This document shows, in pieces, positions 20,875 through 29,162 of a DNA stretch of 64,000 nt (positions are counted from its first letter, which is position 1; every line of letters begins with the position of its first letter). The position numbers and the translations under genes were made by a program. Where the stretch lies: assembly GCA_043821645.1 (NCBI GenBank), contig JBDRCO010000068.1:224001-288000 (forward strand). Reading direction: 5' to 3'. The DNA is from Pseudomonadota bacterium (GTDB taxonomy: Bacteria; Myxococcota; JACRCW01; JAFGSX01). The notes beneath the pieces were generated by a model, which was given only the letters and a program-made list of their open reading frames with translations, was not told the origin of the DNA and searched no databases.

Positions 20875-21156
20875 ATGTCGAAGATCCTCGTCGAGAAACC
20901 GCACAGCTTGTCCGTGGACCAAGCCAAGGAAGCCCTCAAGTCCTTCGAAGGGGACCTGGCCAAGTACGGGCTCAAACCCGAGTGGAAGGGCAACAAAGCC
21001 GAACTCAAGGGCACGGGCGCGTCGGGGGAGATCCGCATCGAGGCCAGCAAGGTCGTGGTCGAGATCAAGCTGGGGATGCTGGCCAAGGCCGCGGGAATCA
21101 AGGCCGACAAGGTGCAGGCATCGATCGAGAAGCGGCTGGGTTCTGCCCTGGCGTGA
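20875..21156 (+). CDS. Polyhydroxyalkanoic-acid-system (PHA_gran_rgn-like) small protein
   Basis: AGGAGG RBS. The pattern MSKILVEKPHSLS.D.AK...KYGL...W.GN......G..G.I...V.VEIKLGML is typical of this family. Confidence 0.75.
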   Translation: MSKILVEKPHSLSVDQAKEALKSFEGDLAKYGLKPEWKGNKAELKGTGASGEIRIEASKVVVEIKLGMLAKAAGIKADKVQASIEKRLGSALA

Positions 21157-21339
21157 TCCTGGGTGTCCTTCTGTCCGCCCAGTCCTCGGATCCGACAGCA
21201 ACACGGCATCACCGATAGTCCCTGAACACGGCCTGGGGACGCTGCGACAAGGCCCGCCTGCTTGGCTTTCGAGCCGGAAAAAAGCCGGCTGCCCTGGTAC
21301 CGGTTGCCAGAGAATCCCGCCTCGAGTCATGAAATTCGC

Positions 21340-21620
21340 ATGGAGTGCGCGCATGCAGCGTGTACAGGAAGACAAGCTACGAAGGTCGGTCGCCTGAGCC
21401 TGGCCCATGTCGTCGCCGCCGCTGCGGCGCTTCTGTTCTCATATGCCGCGCAGGCAGGGCCCCGGCAGTGGGCATGCGCTGGTCCCATACTCGGGACGGC
21501 TCGACGCCAGCGGTGCGGCCATCAGCGGCAGCGATGACTTCCGCTTCGGCCTGTGTGGATCAGCCACCGCGGACACTTCGGAACTGGTCACAACGCCGAA
21601 CGCGGCCCTGTCGCAGGCCA
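21340..21620 (+). pseudogene. Possible frameshifted remnant of a secreted protein
   Basis: Signal-peptide-like VVAAAAALLFSYAAQA in one frame continues as LVPYSGRLDASGAAISGSDDFRFGL in the +1 frame. Confidence 0.35.
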
Positions 21621-21722
21621 GTGGCTGCTGCCGGGGCAGGTCCCTTTTTTCCTGGTGTTCATCACCTCGAGTGCTACATGGCGTACGCGGGGATGTGTTC
21701 GCGGGGAGAAAGGGCAGATGCG

Positions 21723-22148
21723 GTGACCATCACCAGAAGCGGTCTGGACATCGGAGCCATCGAACTCGTCGACCAGAAGTGGCCCGTTGTCATCGTGCGC
21801 CCACTGGATCAGTTGACGGACCAGCAGCTCGACAACTTCTTGCATCATTTCCGCGACGTGGCGTCGAGCCGCGGCGGTGATCACAGTCTGGTGCTGGACC
21901 TCCGCTTCTATAAAGACATGCCCGCCACGCAACGCAGGCGTATCTCCGAGGAGATGGAAAAAGGCACCGTCATCTCCCGCTGCCACGCCACCGCCATGGT
22001 GTTCACCTCGCCCGTGCTCAAGCTGGTGCTGACCGCCATCCTGTGGCTCAACAAGCCCAAGCACGAGCTCAAGGTCTTCAGTGACATCGACGCGGCCATG
22101 ACCTGGGCGAGCGAAAAGCTGAGCGACGGATTGCAGAAGATCGCCTGA
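21723..22148 (+). CDS. STAS/SEC14 (SpoIIAA-like) small protein
   Basis: WPVVIV...LVLDLR...PATQRR...LTAILWL..P....KVF.DIDAAMTWA. The start is uncertain (GTG 21723 chosen). Confidence 0.7.
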   Translation: MTITRSGLDIGAIELVDQKWPVVIVRPLDQLTDQQLDNFLHHFRDVASSRGGDHSLVLDLRFYKDMPATQRRRISEEMEKGTVISRCHATAMVFTSPVLKLVLTAILWLNKPKHELKVFSDIDAAMTWASEKLSDGLQKIA

Positions 22149-22181
22149 AAACGCCGGTGGCGCTCTCCTGCTGGGCGGTGT

Positions 22182-23225
22182 TCACGGGAGCGGCGCGTCG
22201 AAAACGCAGCTGGCGGCGTCCCCCTGGGTCGGGTGCTGGTCGTCGGAGTCATCATAGTACGTCGTGGCAAGCTCGCAGGCCCAGCACTGGGTGGCGAAGA
22301 TCTCCGTCGACACCAGGTCGCCACCGCGGATGGTGGCATCGGCACGCCCGGCGCCGCAGGACTGCCACTGGGCGCAGATGCTGAGCTGCTCCAGGCTCGA
22401 GAAGATGAAGCCCGCCACGAAGTCCGCGTTGACCACGAAGCACATCTCCCCCGAACCATCGGCCTTGCCGTCGTAGCTGTAGTCGGCAGAGCTCGGCAGC
22501 AGGGTGCCCTCTTCGTGGACCTCGCGCACCTGCACCTCCAGGTGCACGTCACCACCAACCTGGACGTAGTCGATGGTGAGCCGGCCCTGGTCATCCACCT
22601 TGCCCATGCCCGCGCCCCGCACCGCATTGAGGTCGAGGGTCAGGCTGCCGCTGCCCGTGCGGGCACCTCCCTGGGGCTCCGAGGGTGTGTAGGATCCGTA
22701 CAGGACGCGCACCAGCCCCGAGTCGTCGACCTCGGTGTCGCAGGTGATGTCGTCGGCAAGTTCCTTGTCGAAGGCGCCGCGCATGGCGTGCAGGCAGTAG
22801 CTGAACTGATCCGAGTCGGCGGACAGCACACGGTGTATCTCGAAGCGCAGGGAGATGTTGTCGCGCAGCACGTGCACCGGTCCCCACACGCGCAGGTTGG
22901 CCGCGCGCCGCGTGGGCGCATAGCCGTGCGCGATGTTGTCGACGAGATCGAGCACCGCGAACGTGCCGGTGTTGATGGCCGTGGACACCGAGCCCGCCAG
23001 GCAGCGCAGGTTGTCGTCGGTGCACGCGCCAAGCCCCTGGGTCTGGCTGCCGGCCCGGTCCTGGCCGTAGTTGGCGCCTGGCGCCTTGAGCGCCAGGGTG
23101 GCCTTGTCCGGCAGTGCGGACAAAAAGATCAGGTCCTCGTTGGACAGGTTGCCGCAGGCCGTCAGCCCGGCCACGCCCAGGCAGGCGACGAGGAGACTGA
23201 GGAGCCTGGTGGCGCGCGTGTTCAT
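22182..23225 (-). CDS. Lipoprotein of unknown function, downstream of the caspase-like gene
   Basis: Lipobox LTAC followed by GNLSNEDLIFLSALP; beta-rich with several Cys. Confidence 0.8.
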   Translation of the reverse strand: MNTRATRLLSLLVACLGVAGLTACGNLSNEDLIFLSALPDKATLALKAPGANYGQDRAGSQTQGLGACTDDNLRCLAGSVSTAINTGTFAVLDLVDNIAHGYAPTRRAANLRVWGPVHVLRDNISLRFEIHRVLSADSDQFSYCLHAMRGAFDKELADDITCDTEVDDSGLVRVLYGSYTPSEPQGGARTGSGSLTLDLNAVRGAGMGKVDDQGRLTIDYVQVGGDVHLEVQVREVHEEGTLLPSSADYSYDGKADGSGEMCFVVNADFVAGFIFSSLEQLSICAQWQSCGAGRADATIRGGDLVSTEIFATQCWACELATTYYDDSDDQHPTQGDAASCVFDAPLP

Positions 23226-23236
23226 CTCATCAATCC

Positions 23237-23264
23237 TGACACCGTGTGCGCTCGATCACCGAAA
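23237..23264 (-). promoter_or_regulatory. Candidate ECF promoter, copy 2: TTTCGG-N14-CGGTGTCA
   Basis: Same boxes, same spacing and same 11-nt distance to ATG as the copy upstream of the ECF gene. Confidence 0.65.
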
Positions 23265-23281
23265 CGATTTGTTCCCTCGCC

Positions 23282-24910
23282 TCAAAAATCCACCCAGGCG
23301 CTGGCCAGCCCCTCGACGTAGCCGAAGCTGCGGTTCTGGTCCACCGTGTACAGCAGGTAGTGCGCGCGCAGCATGGCCTCGACGTGGAACCAGTCCCAGG
23401 GCGACCAGCCGACCAGCCCGACCAGGCCCGGGCTCATGGTCAGATAAAACTGGTTGTCGAGGGGCCCCCCGGCCTCGAAGGACCGCAGCATGAACAGCGT
23501 GGCCAGCCGGCCGCCTCCCGCCAGGTTCACCGGACCGAGGGCGTGCTCGTACAGGATCGAAGTCCCCAGCTGCACCTGGCTGTAGCGGATGGGGTACTCG
23601 AGGGTGCCCAGGGCACCTCCCGCGTCCAGGCGCAGGGTATCCTCGCGGGTGCCGAAGCCCAGATCGGCGGACAGCAGCAGGTGCCGCCGCAGCAGGTTGT
23701 GCAGCCGTGCCTCGAGGCTGACGAAACCGATGGGCGGGAACAGGTCAGCAGACATCGAGGCCGGTGAATCGAAGACCGCCTGGGCTCCAGCGCCCAGGGA
23801 GAGCGACAGCGTGATGGTACCATGCTGCAGTTCTTCCTCGAGCACCGGCGTGCCCTTCGCGTAGTCGTCCTCGAAACGCACGCGCTCCATGCCTGTCTCG
23901 TCGACAACCATGCTGCCGCGCGAGGCCACGCGCACCCGTTGCATGAGAAGGTGGTCGGGCAGGCGCTTCTTGATCACGTAGGCGCCACCCTTGACCGCCA
24001 GGCGCCGGGTCTCCCCCTTGACCTTGTCGATCTCGGCAACGATCAACTGGCGCTCCTCGTCGACGAGGTAGTACTGCCCGGCGAGGTCCTCGGGGAAGGT
24101 CAGCACCGCCCCTCCCTGGTCAAAGGAGGTGAGGATCACGTCTCCGGCCCCGCTCAGGTCGTAGTCGTAGGTCGGGTGCTGGGCCCCGGAACGGGTCGAG
24201 GCGGTGGCTGCCACGGTGCGGCTGTAGGCGTAGGCATAGGCCTCCCCCAGGGTCACCCGACCGTCGGAATTGGCGTCGGCGGCACCGCGCAGCCCGGTGG
24301 CCACGTAGTGGGTGAAGAAACTGCCCTGGATATCATCGGACTCCTGGCTGGCCTCGTCGGCAGAAGAGGAGGCGATGATGACCTGACCCCGGGCTGCCAG
24401 GCTGTGGTCCACGGCGATGACAAAGGGCGGCGCCAGCTGGCCTCCCTTCTCGCGGGTGATGGCACCGGCGCCGCAGGAATCGAGCAGGGCAATGCGCACC
24501 CGCGCCCGCGAAGCGTCGAGAAGTGACTTGAGCAGCTTCATGTCCAGCCGCGAGTCACCCATGCGCAGGATGCCGTCCTTGGCGTGGCCTGAGTAATAAA
24601 ACAGCACCAGCGCCTCGTCGCCGCGATGCTGGATGTGGCCCACCTTTGCCTCGAGCTCGCGCAGGGCGCGCAGCACGTCGGGGGCCGCCGGGTTCTCCAG
24701 GTGTGCAACATTGTGGGGCGAAAAGCCGCCGAGCGAGCTCAGCACCTCGGCCATGCGCTGGGCGTCACGGCCTGCATAGCGCAGGGTGGCCAGACCATCG
24801 CCGCCGAAGTTATTGCTGACCAGCAGCGCCAGGCGCTCGGTGACCGCCCGTGCCATCGACGAGGTCGCCAGCACCGTGGCCAGCACCGCGAGCGCGGCAA
24901 GGCGCTTCAT
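23282..24910 (-). CDS. Exported caspase-family (peptidase C14) protein with probable C-terminal outer-membrane beta-barrel
   Basis: Signal peptide, LRYA.RDA, His motif YYSGHA, Cys motif LLDSCGAG, SFFTHY..GLRGAAD and QHP. Amphipathic beta C-terminus ending AWVDF. Confidence 0.88.
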   Translation of the reverse strand: MKRLAALAVLATVLATSSMARAVTERLALLVSNNFGGDGLATLRYAGRDAQRMAEVLSSLGGFSPHNVAHLENPAAPDVLRALRELEAKVGHIQHRGDEALVLFYYSGHAKDGILRMGDSRLDMKLLKSLLDASRARVRIALLDSCGAGAITREKGGQLAPPFVIAVDHSLAARGQVIIASSSADEASQESDDIQGSFFTHYVATGLRGAADANSDGRVTLGEAYAYAYSRTVAATASTRSGAQHPTYDYDLSGAGDVILTSFDQGGAVLTFPEDLAGQYYLVDEERQLIVAEIDKVKGETRRLAVKGGAYVIKKRLPDHLLMQRVRVASRGSMVVDETGMERVRFEDDYAKGTPVLEEELQHGTITLSLSLGAGAQAVFDSPASMSADLFPPIGFVSLEARLHNLLRRHLLLSADLGFGTREDTLRLDAGGALGTLEYPIRYSQVQLGTSILYEHALGPVNLAGGGRLATLFMLRSFEAGGPLDNQFYLTMSPGLVGLVGWSPWDWFHVEAMLRAHYLLYTVDQNRSFGYVEGLASAWVDF

Positions 24911-25725
24911 GGCGCGACCTTGACGATGGAGATCGAGGTCTGGTGGACACCCGGGTCGTCGACGGGGAGGCGCTCGACCCGGCTCAGGTCCACGCCCTCT
25001 TGCACCAGCTTCAGGGCCGCGGACTGGGCGAGCTGATGCAGCATTTCCACGTCACCGTCGTCGGAGAACACCGCGAAGAAGCGCTCGGGTCCTACCGCGT
25101 CGTCGAGGATGACAGATCCCGGGAGCGGGCTCAGGGTCTCGACCCCCTTGGTTTGCTGGGTCAGGGCTTCGGCGTGGTAGACCGTGACCGCGCCACGACC
25201 ATCGACGCCCAGCAGCACCACGCTGCGCGCGCTCCGCGCGGGGCGCAGCAGGAACTGGATCTGCTGCCCGGCCTTGAGCTGCTCACCGTCATCACCGCGC
25301 CGGGCACCGGCGGGCTCGCGCACCAGGTAGCCGATTCCAGCCAGGTCGCTGCCCTTGCTGCGCAGGCCCGAGTCGTCGACGGGTGTGACCACCAGCAGCA
25401 CCACGGCTGCGGCCGCTGCCACCGCGACCGAACCCAGGGCCGGCCAGCGCCAGGCCCGCAGCTTCTCGACCCAGCTGCGGCGAGCTTGAGCGCGCCGCTC
25501 GAAATCCGCGGCAAAGCGTTCGAAGGGCATGACCGCGGAAAAAGCCGCGGCGTCGGAGCGGAGCCCGGCCACCAGCGATGCACAGTCCAGGCAGGTCTCC
25601 AGGTGCTGGTCGATGTCTCGCCGCTGTTCTGGCGTGCCCTCGCCCACCAGGTGCTGCTGCAGCCGGTGCGAGGTGACCCGCGAGCAGGTGGTGTGTGGCG
25701 TGAGATCGAGCAGCTTCGATGCCAT
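24907..25725 (-). CDS. Zinc-binding anti-sigma factor (HxxxCxxC), TM, DUF4384-like periplasmic domain
   Basis: HLETCLDC, a TM segment, the R.KG motif, and SVILDDAVGPERFFAVFS. Confidence 0.85.
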   Translation of the reverse strand: MASKLLDLTPHTTCSRVTSHRLQQHLVGEGTPEQRRDIDQHLETCLDCASLVAGLRSDAAAFSAVMPFERFAADFERRAQARRSWVEKLRAWRWPALGSVAVAAAAAVVLLVVTPVDDSGLRSKGSDLAGIGYLVREPAGARRGDDGEQLKAGQQIQFLLRPARSARSVVLLGVDGRGAVTVYHAEALTQQTKGVETLSPLPGSVILDDAVGPERFFAVFSDDGDVEMLHQLAQSAALKLVQEGVDLSRVERLPVDDPGVHQTSISIVKVAP

Positions 25726-25735
25726 GATGCGTCGC

Positions 25736-26290
25736 CTAGATCGGCGCCTCCTTGAGTTCGACCCAGGGCATGATCTTCTCGAGTTCGCGCCGCGCCGTGC
25801 GCAGGAAGCCGCGCAAGCGCTTGCGCACCGTGGGCACGCTCAGCCCCACGGCCTGGGCTATCTCCTCCTGGGTCATCTCGTCGACGAAGTAGTACACCGC
25901 CAGTTCCTGCACCTGGCGATCGCAGCGCGCCAGCAGGGCTCGCAGCAGGTCCAGGCGCTCGATCTGGCTGTGCTCGTCATCCCGGGTCTGCTCGGCAACC
26001 TTGCCCAGCTGCAACAGGTCGGTCTTCCAGCGTGCCTTGCGTGCGCGCAGGATGTTGAGGCAGTGGTTGGTGGCGATGCGCGTGATCCAGGTCAGGCGGC
26101 TGGCCTGGCCGCGGAAGCCTTCGAGATTGCCCAGCACCTTGATGAAAACGTCCTGCATGGCGTCCCGCGCTTCCTCGTCGTCTCGCAGCAGGTAGCGGCA
26201 GCGGCTGTAAACGCGCGTGGCGTACAGCTCGTACAGCTCCCGGAGCACTTCGCGGTCGGTCGCCACCTTGGTGAGCCTCTCGACCGCCAT
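25736..26290 (-). CDS. ECF RNA polymerase sigma factor
   Basis: Region 2 DAMQDVFIK...TWITRIATNHCLN and region 4 MTQEEIAQAVGLSVPTVRKRL. ATG 26290 follows AGAGGA. Confidence 0.93.
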   Translation of the reverse strand: MAVERLTKVATDREVLRELYELYATRVYSRCRYLLRDDEEARDAMQDVFIKVLGNLEGFRGQASRLTWITRIATNHCLNILRARKARWKTDLLQLGKVAEQTRDDEHSQIERLDLLRALLARCDRQVQELAVYYFVDEMTQEEIAQAVGLSVPTVRKRLRGFLRTARRELEKIMPWVELKEAPI

Positions 26291-26301
26291 CCTGTTCCTC
26301 T

Positions 26302-26329
26302 TGACACCGAGGCCAGGCTGCGGCCGAAA
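26302..26329 (-). promoter_or_regulatory. Candidate autoregulatory ECF promoter, copy 1: TTTCGG-N14-CGGTGTCA
   Basis: Lies 11 nt upstream of the ECF ATG and is repeated at 23237-23264. Confidence 0.65.
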
Positions 26330-26497
26330 AAATATTAGCGTGGATCTGAACTGCGCCAAACATCCTGCGCTATTCGGATGTTGGGTGCCAGCAGCGGACC
26401 CGCGCGGGGACGGATTCGGGTCCTTGGGCCATCTCTCTGGGTCAGGGATGTTATTCTCCTAGTGCTATGATGTGTATATATTCGTCATGACAATGGG

Positions 26498-26525
26498 TTG
26501 ACAAGCCATCGTGCCGCTTCATGAT
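26498..26525 (+). promoter_or_regulatory. Putative sigma70 promoter
   Basis: TTGACA-N16-CATGAT upstream of the 26579 gene. Confidence 0.45.
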
Positions 26526-26578
26526 GCCGCCCAGACCGGCCGTGGGAGTTCCATGGCTATCATCGGAGGACGGACAAG

Positions 26579-27358
26579 ATGGCACACCGGCACGCGTTTA
26601 CCGGGCTCCTGGCCCTTTCGTTGCTCGCCGCCGCAGGCTGCGGCCCCAGCGAGGAAGTTCGCACACCCCTCGATGCAGATCCGGCCGCCGAGGTCGCCAT
26701 CACCAACTTCACCATCTACGACGGGGTGATGGGCAGCAAGGAAGTCATGGTCTACATCAAGGTGGATCGCGAGATCTCGCGGGTCGAGTTGCTGTGCGAT
26801 GACGCCACCGAGCCTGCGGCCTCGGCCGAGGGTCGGGTCACCTCACTGATGTGGGACAGCACGCGCTGCGCCGAGGGTGTTGTGAACCTGGTGGCGCGGG
26901 TGGTGGACGAGGACGATCACACCTACGACAGCCCGGCCATGTCCCTGGTGGTGGTCAATCGAGGCCGGGTGGTCTCCCTCACCGAGGGCAACCTGGGCAC
27001 GATCCGCATCCCGACCACCTACGACGGCACCCAGGAAGTCGACGTCAAGCACCACTGGAACAACCCGGCCGGGCAGACCCGGGTGGTGGCCATCGCGACC
27101 TGGAACCTGACGGCCAGTGATCCTGTGTGGATGATCGAGGGATCGGTGGGCTGCGGCGTGTGTCCGCACAGCGGCAGCTTGTGGGGCCAGCCCGAGGAGA
27201 CCGACGCCAGCCCCTTCATCATCGACATGCGCGCCAGCGACATCAATCAGACCTGGCTCGACACCACCCAGGCCTTCTTCCACCTGAGGCCGCTGGATGC
27301 CCAGAATCACCTGGGTGAGAATCTGCCCTACACGATGGCCGTGTACCTGTTCGAGTGA
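26579..27358 (+). CDS. Lipoprotein with Ig-like N-terminal region
   Basis: GGAGGA RBS and lipobox AAGC. The segment W.ST..A.G...LVARVVD resembles bacterial Ig-like domains. Confidence 0.75.
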   Translation: MAHRHAFTGLLALSLLAAAGCGPSEEVRTPLDADPAAEVAITNFTIYDGVMGSKEVMVYIKVDREISRVELLCDDATEPAASAEGRVTSLMWDSTRCAEGVVNLVARVVDEDDHTYDSPAMSLVVVNRGRVVSLTEGNLGTIRIPTTYDGTQEVDVKHHWNNPAGQTRVVAIATWNLTASDPVWMIEGSVGCGVCPHSGSLWGQPEETDASPFIIDMRASDINQTWLDTTQAFFHLRPLDAQNHLGENLPYTMAVYLFE

Positions 27359-27457
27359 TCGCGAGGGGCCGCTGCCCCTTGTGCCTGCCCGCTTCTCCAG
27401 CGCGACAATCCACAGTAGCCGGCTTCGTCAGCCAGATCCGCGGCCGGATCCGGCACT

Positions 27458-28000
27458 TCAGTCGGTGAACAGAGCCTGCTCGAAGCTGGCGTAGCTGCGC
27501 GCGTCGAACAGCACGAACACGATCTTGCGCAGGTGCACCGGCTCGGCCTCGAGAAAGGCGCGGACCTGGGCCGCGGCGATATGTGCGGCGCGCTCGAGCG
27601 GGAAGCCATAGGCCCCGGTGCCGATCGAGGGGAGCGCGATGGAGGTGCAACCCGCGTCCTCCGCGAGCTGCAGCGAGGTCCGATAGGCGCCAGCAAGCAG
27701 CAGATCGTCGCTGGCCTCATCACCGCTCCAGATCGGTCCCACGGCGTGAATCACGTGCTGCACGCCATTCTGCTCGAGGTCGTATGCGGCAGTGATCACC
27801 GCAGCGCCGGTGGCGCAGCCACCCAACTTGCGGCACTCCTTGAGCAGCCGTGGCCCCGCCGCCCTGTGCACGGCTCCATCGACCCCGCCTCCACCGCGCA
27901 GCTGCGCATTGGCCGCGGTGACCAGGGCTTCCACACTCTGCTCGGTGATATCCCCTTGCTCGATGATCACGCGCCCCGACCCCAGATCCCGCTCCAGCAT
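27458..28000 (-). CDS. Macro-domain protein (O-acetyl-ADP-ribose deacetylase, YmdB-like)
   Basis: GDIT, AAN..L.GGGGVDGAVHRAAGP, VIHAVGP and SIGTGAYGFP. Confidence 0.93.
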   Translation of the reverse strand: MLERDLGSGRVIIEQGDITEQSVEALVTAANAQLRGGGGVDGAVHRAAGPRLLKECRKLGGCATGAAVITAAYDLEQNGVQHVIHAVGPIWSGDEASDDLLLAGAYRTSLQLAEDAGCTSIALPSIGTGAYGFPLERAAHIAAAQVRAFLEAEPVHLRKIVFVLFDARSYASFEQALFTD

Positions 28001-28260
28001 CGCCCAGCCTTTCACTGTTTCGCCTGTTGCCCGTGCCCTCCCCGGCCCGGTTGACAGGTGCGTCGCATGCGCCATACAGATGTCTCTTCAATCTGGACCA
28101 GGCCGGCAGGCAATGCAAGCCGGCCCGGGCGCGGGGCCAGGCAGGGGGCACGAAGCCTGCTGTGGCGCACGGACACGCGGCGCGGCAGGACCAGCCAGCA
28201 GCCGCGGCGAAAACAAGTGGGGTCCCGGTCCGGCCCCACGCGCAGCACAAGGAGTCGGGC

Positions 28261-29127
28261 ATGGCCAGGGTCGTCAAGTGCGGGTTGATCCAGTGTGGGC
28301 TCGCCAAGAGCGAGGGCAGTGTCGATGAGATCAAGGAGGCGATGGTGCTCAAACACCTGCCCCTGATCGAGGATGCGGGTAAGAAGGGCGTGCAGATCCT
28401 CTGTCTGCAGGAGATCTTCAACACCCCGTACTTCTGCCCGGCGCAGACCCCGGACTGGTATGCCAGCGCCGAGACCATCCCCGGTCCCACCGTCGAACGC
28501 ATGCAGGCCCTGGCCAAGAAGCACCAGATGGTGATCGTGGTCCCCATCTACGAGAAGGTCATGGCCGGCGTCTTTTACAACTCGGCCGCGGTCATCGACG
28601 CTGATGGCAGCTACCTGGGCAAGTACCGCAAGCACCACATCCCACAGACCGCGGGCTTCTGGGAGAAGTACTACTTCAAGCCCGGCAATGGCGGCTGGCC
28701 CGTGTTCAAGACGCGCTACGCCGACGTCGGCGTGTACATCTGCTACGACCGGCACTTTCCCGAGGGTGCACGCCTGCTCGGCCTGCACGGCGCCGAGATC
28801 GTGTTCAACCCTTCGGCCACGGTGGCCGGCCTGTCGCAATACCTGTGGAAGCTGGAGCAGCCCGCACACGCCGTGGCCAATGGCTACTACATGGGTTGCA
28901 TCAACCGCGTGGGCACCGAGGCGCCGTGGAACATCGGTCGCTTCTACGGCACCAGCTACTTCGTCAACCCGCGAGGACAGATCCTGGCCGAGGCCAGCGA
29001 GGACAAGGACGAACTTGTGGTGGCCGAGCTTGACCTCGACCTCATCGACGAGGTGCGCAACACCTGGCAGTTCTTCCGCGACCGTCGGCCCGAGGCCTAC
29101 GAGGAGTTGGTGCAGCAGCTGCCCTGA
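28261..29127 (+). CDS. Nitrilase-family amidohydrolase, probable beta-ureidopropionase
   Basis: E-K-C triad in CLQEIF, YRKHHIP and ICYDRHFPE. AAGGAG RBS; clustered with dihydropyrimidinase. Confidence 0.88.
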   Translation: MARVVKCGLIQCGLAKSEGSVDEIKEAMVLKHLPLIEDAGKKGVQILCLQEIFNTPYFCPAQTPDWYASAETIPGPTVERMQALAKKHQMVIVVPIYEKVMAGVFYNSAAVIDADGSYLGKYRKHHIPQTAGFWEKYYFKPGNGGWPVFKTRYADVGVYICYDRHFPEGARLLGLHGAEIVFNPSATVAGLSQYLWKLEQPAHAVANGYYMGCINRVGTEAPWNIGRFYGTSYFVNPRGQILAEASEDKDELVVAELDLDLIDEVRNTWQFFRDRRPEAYEELVQQLP

Positions 29128-29162
29128 GCAGCGGCCCGAGCACGTATCGAGCGGAGGTATCC

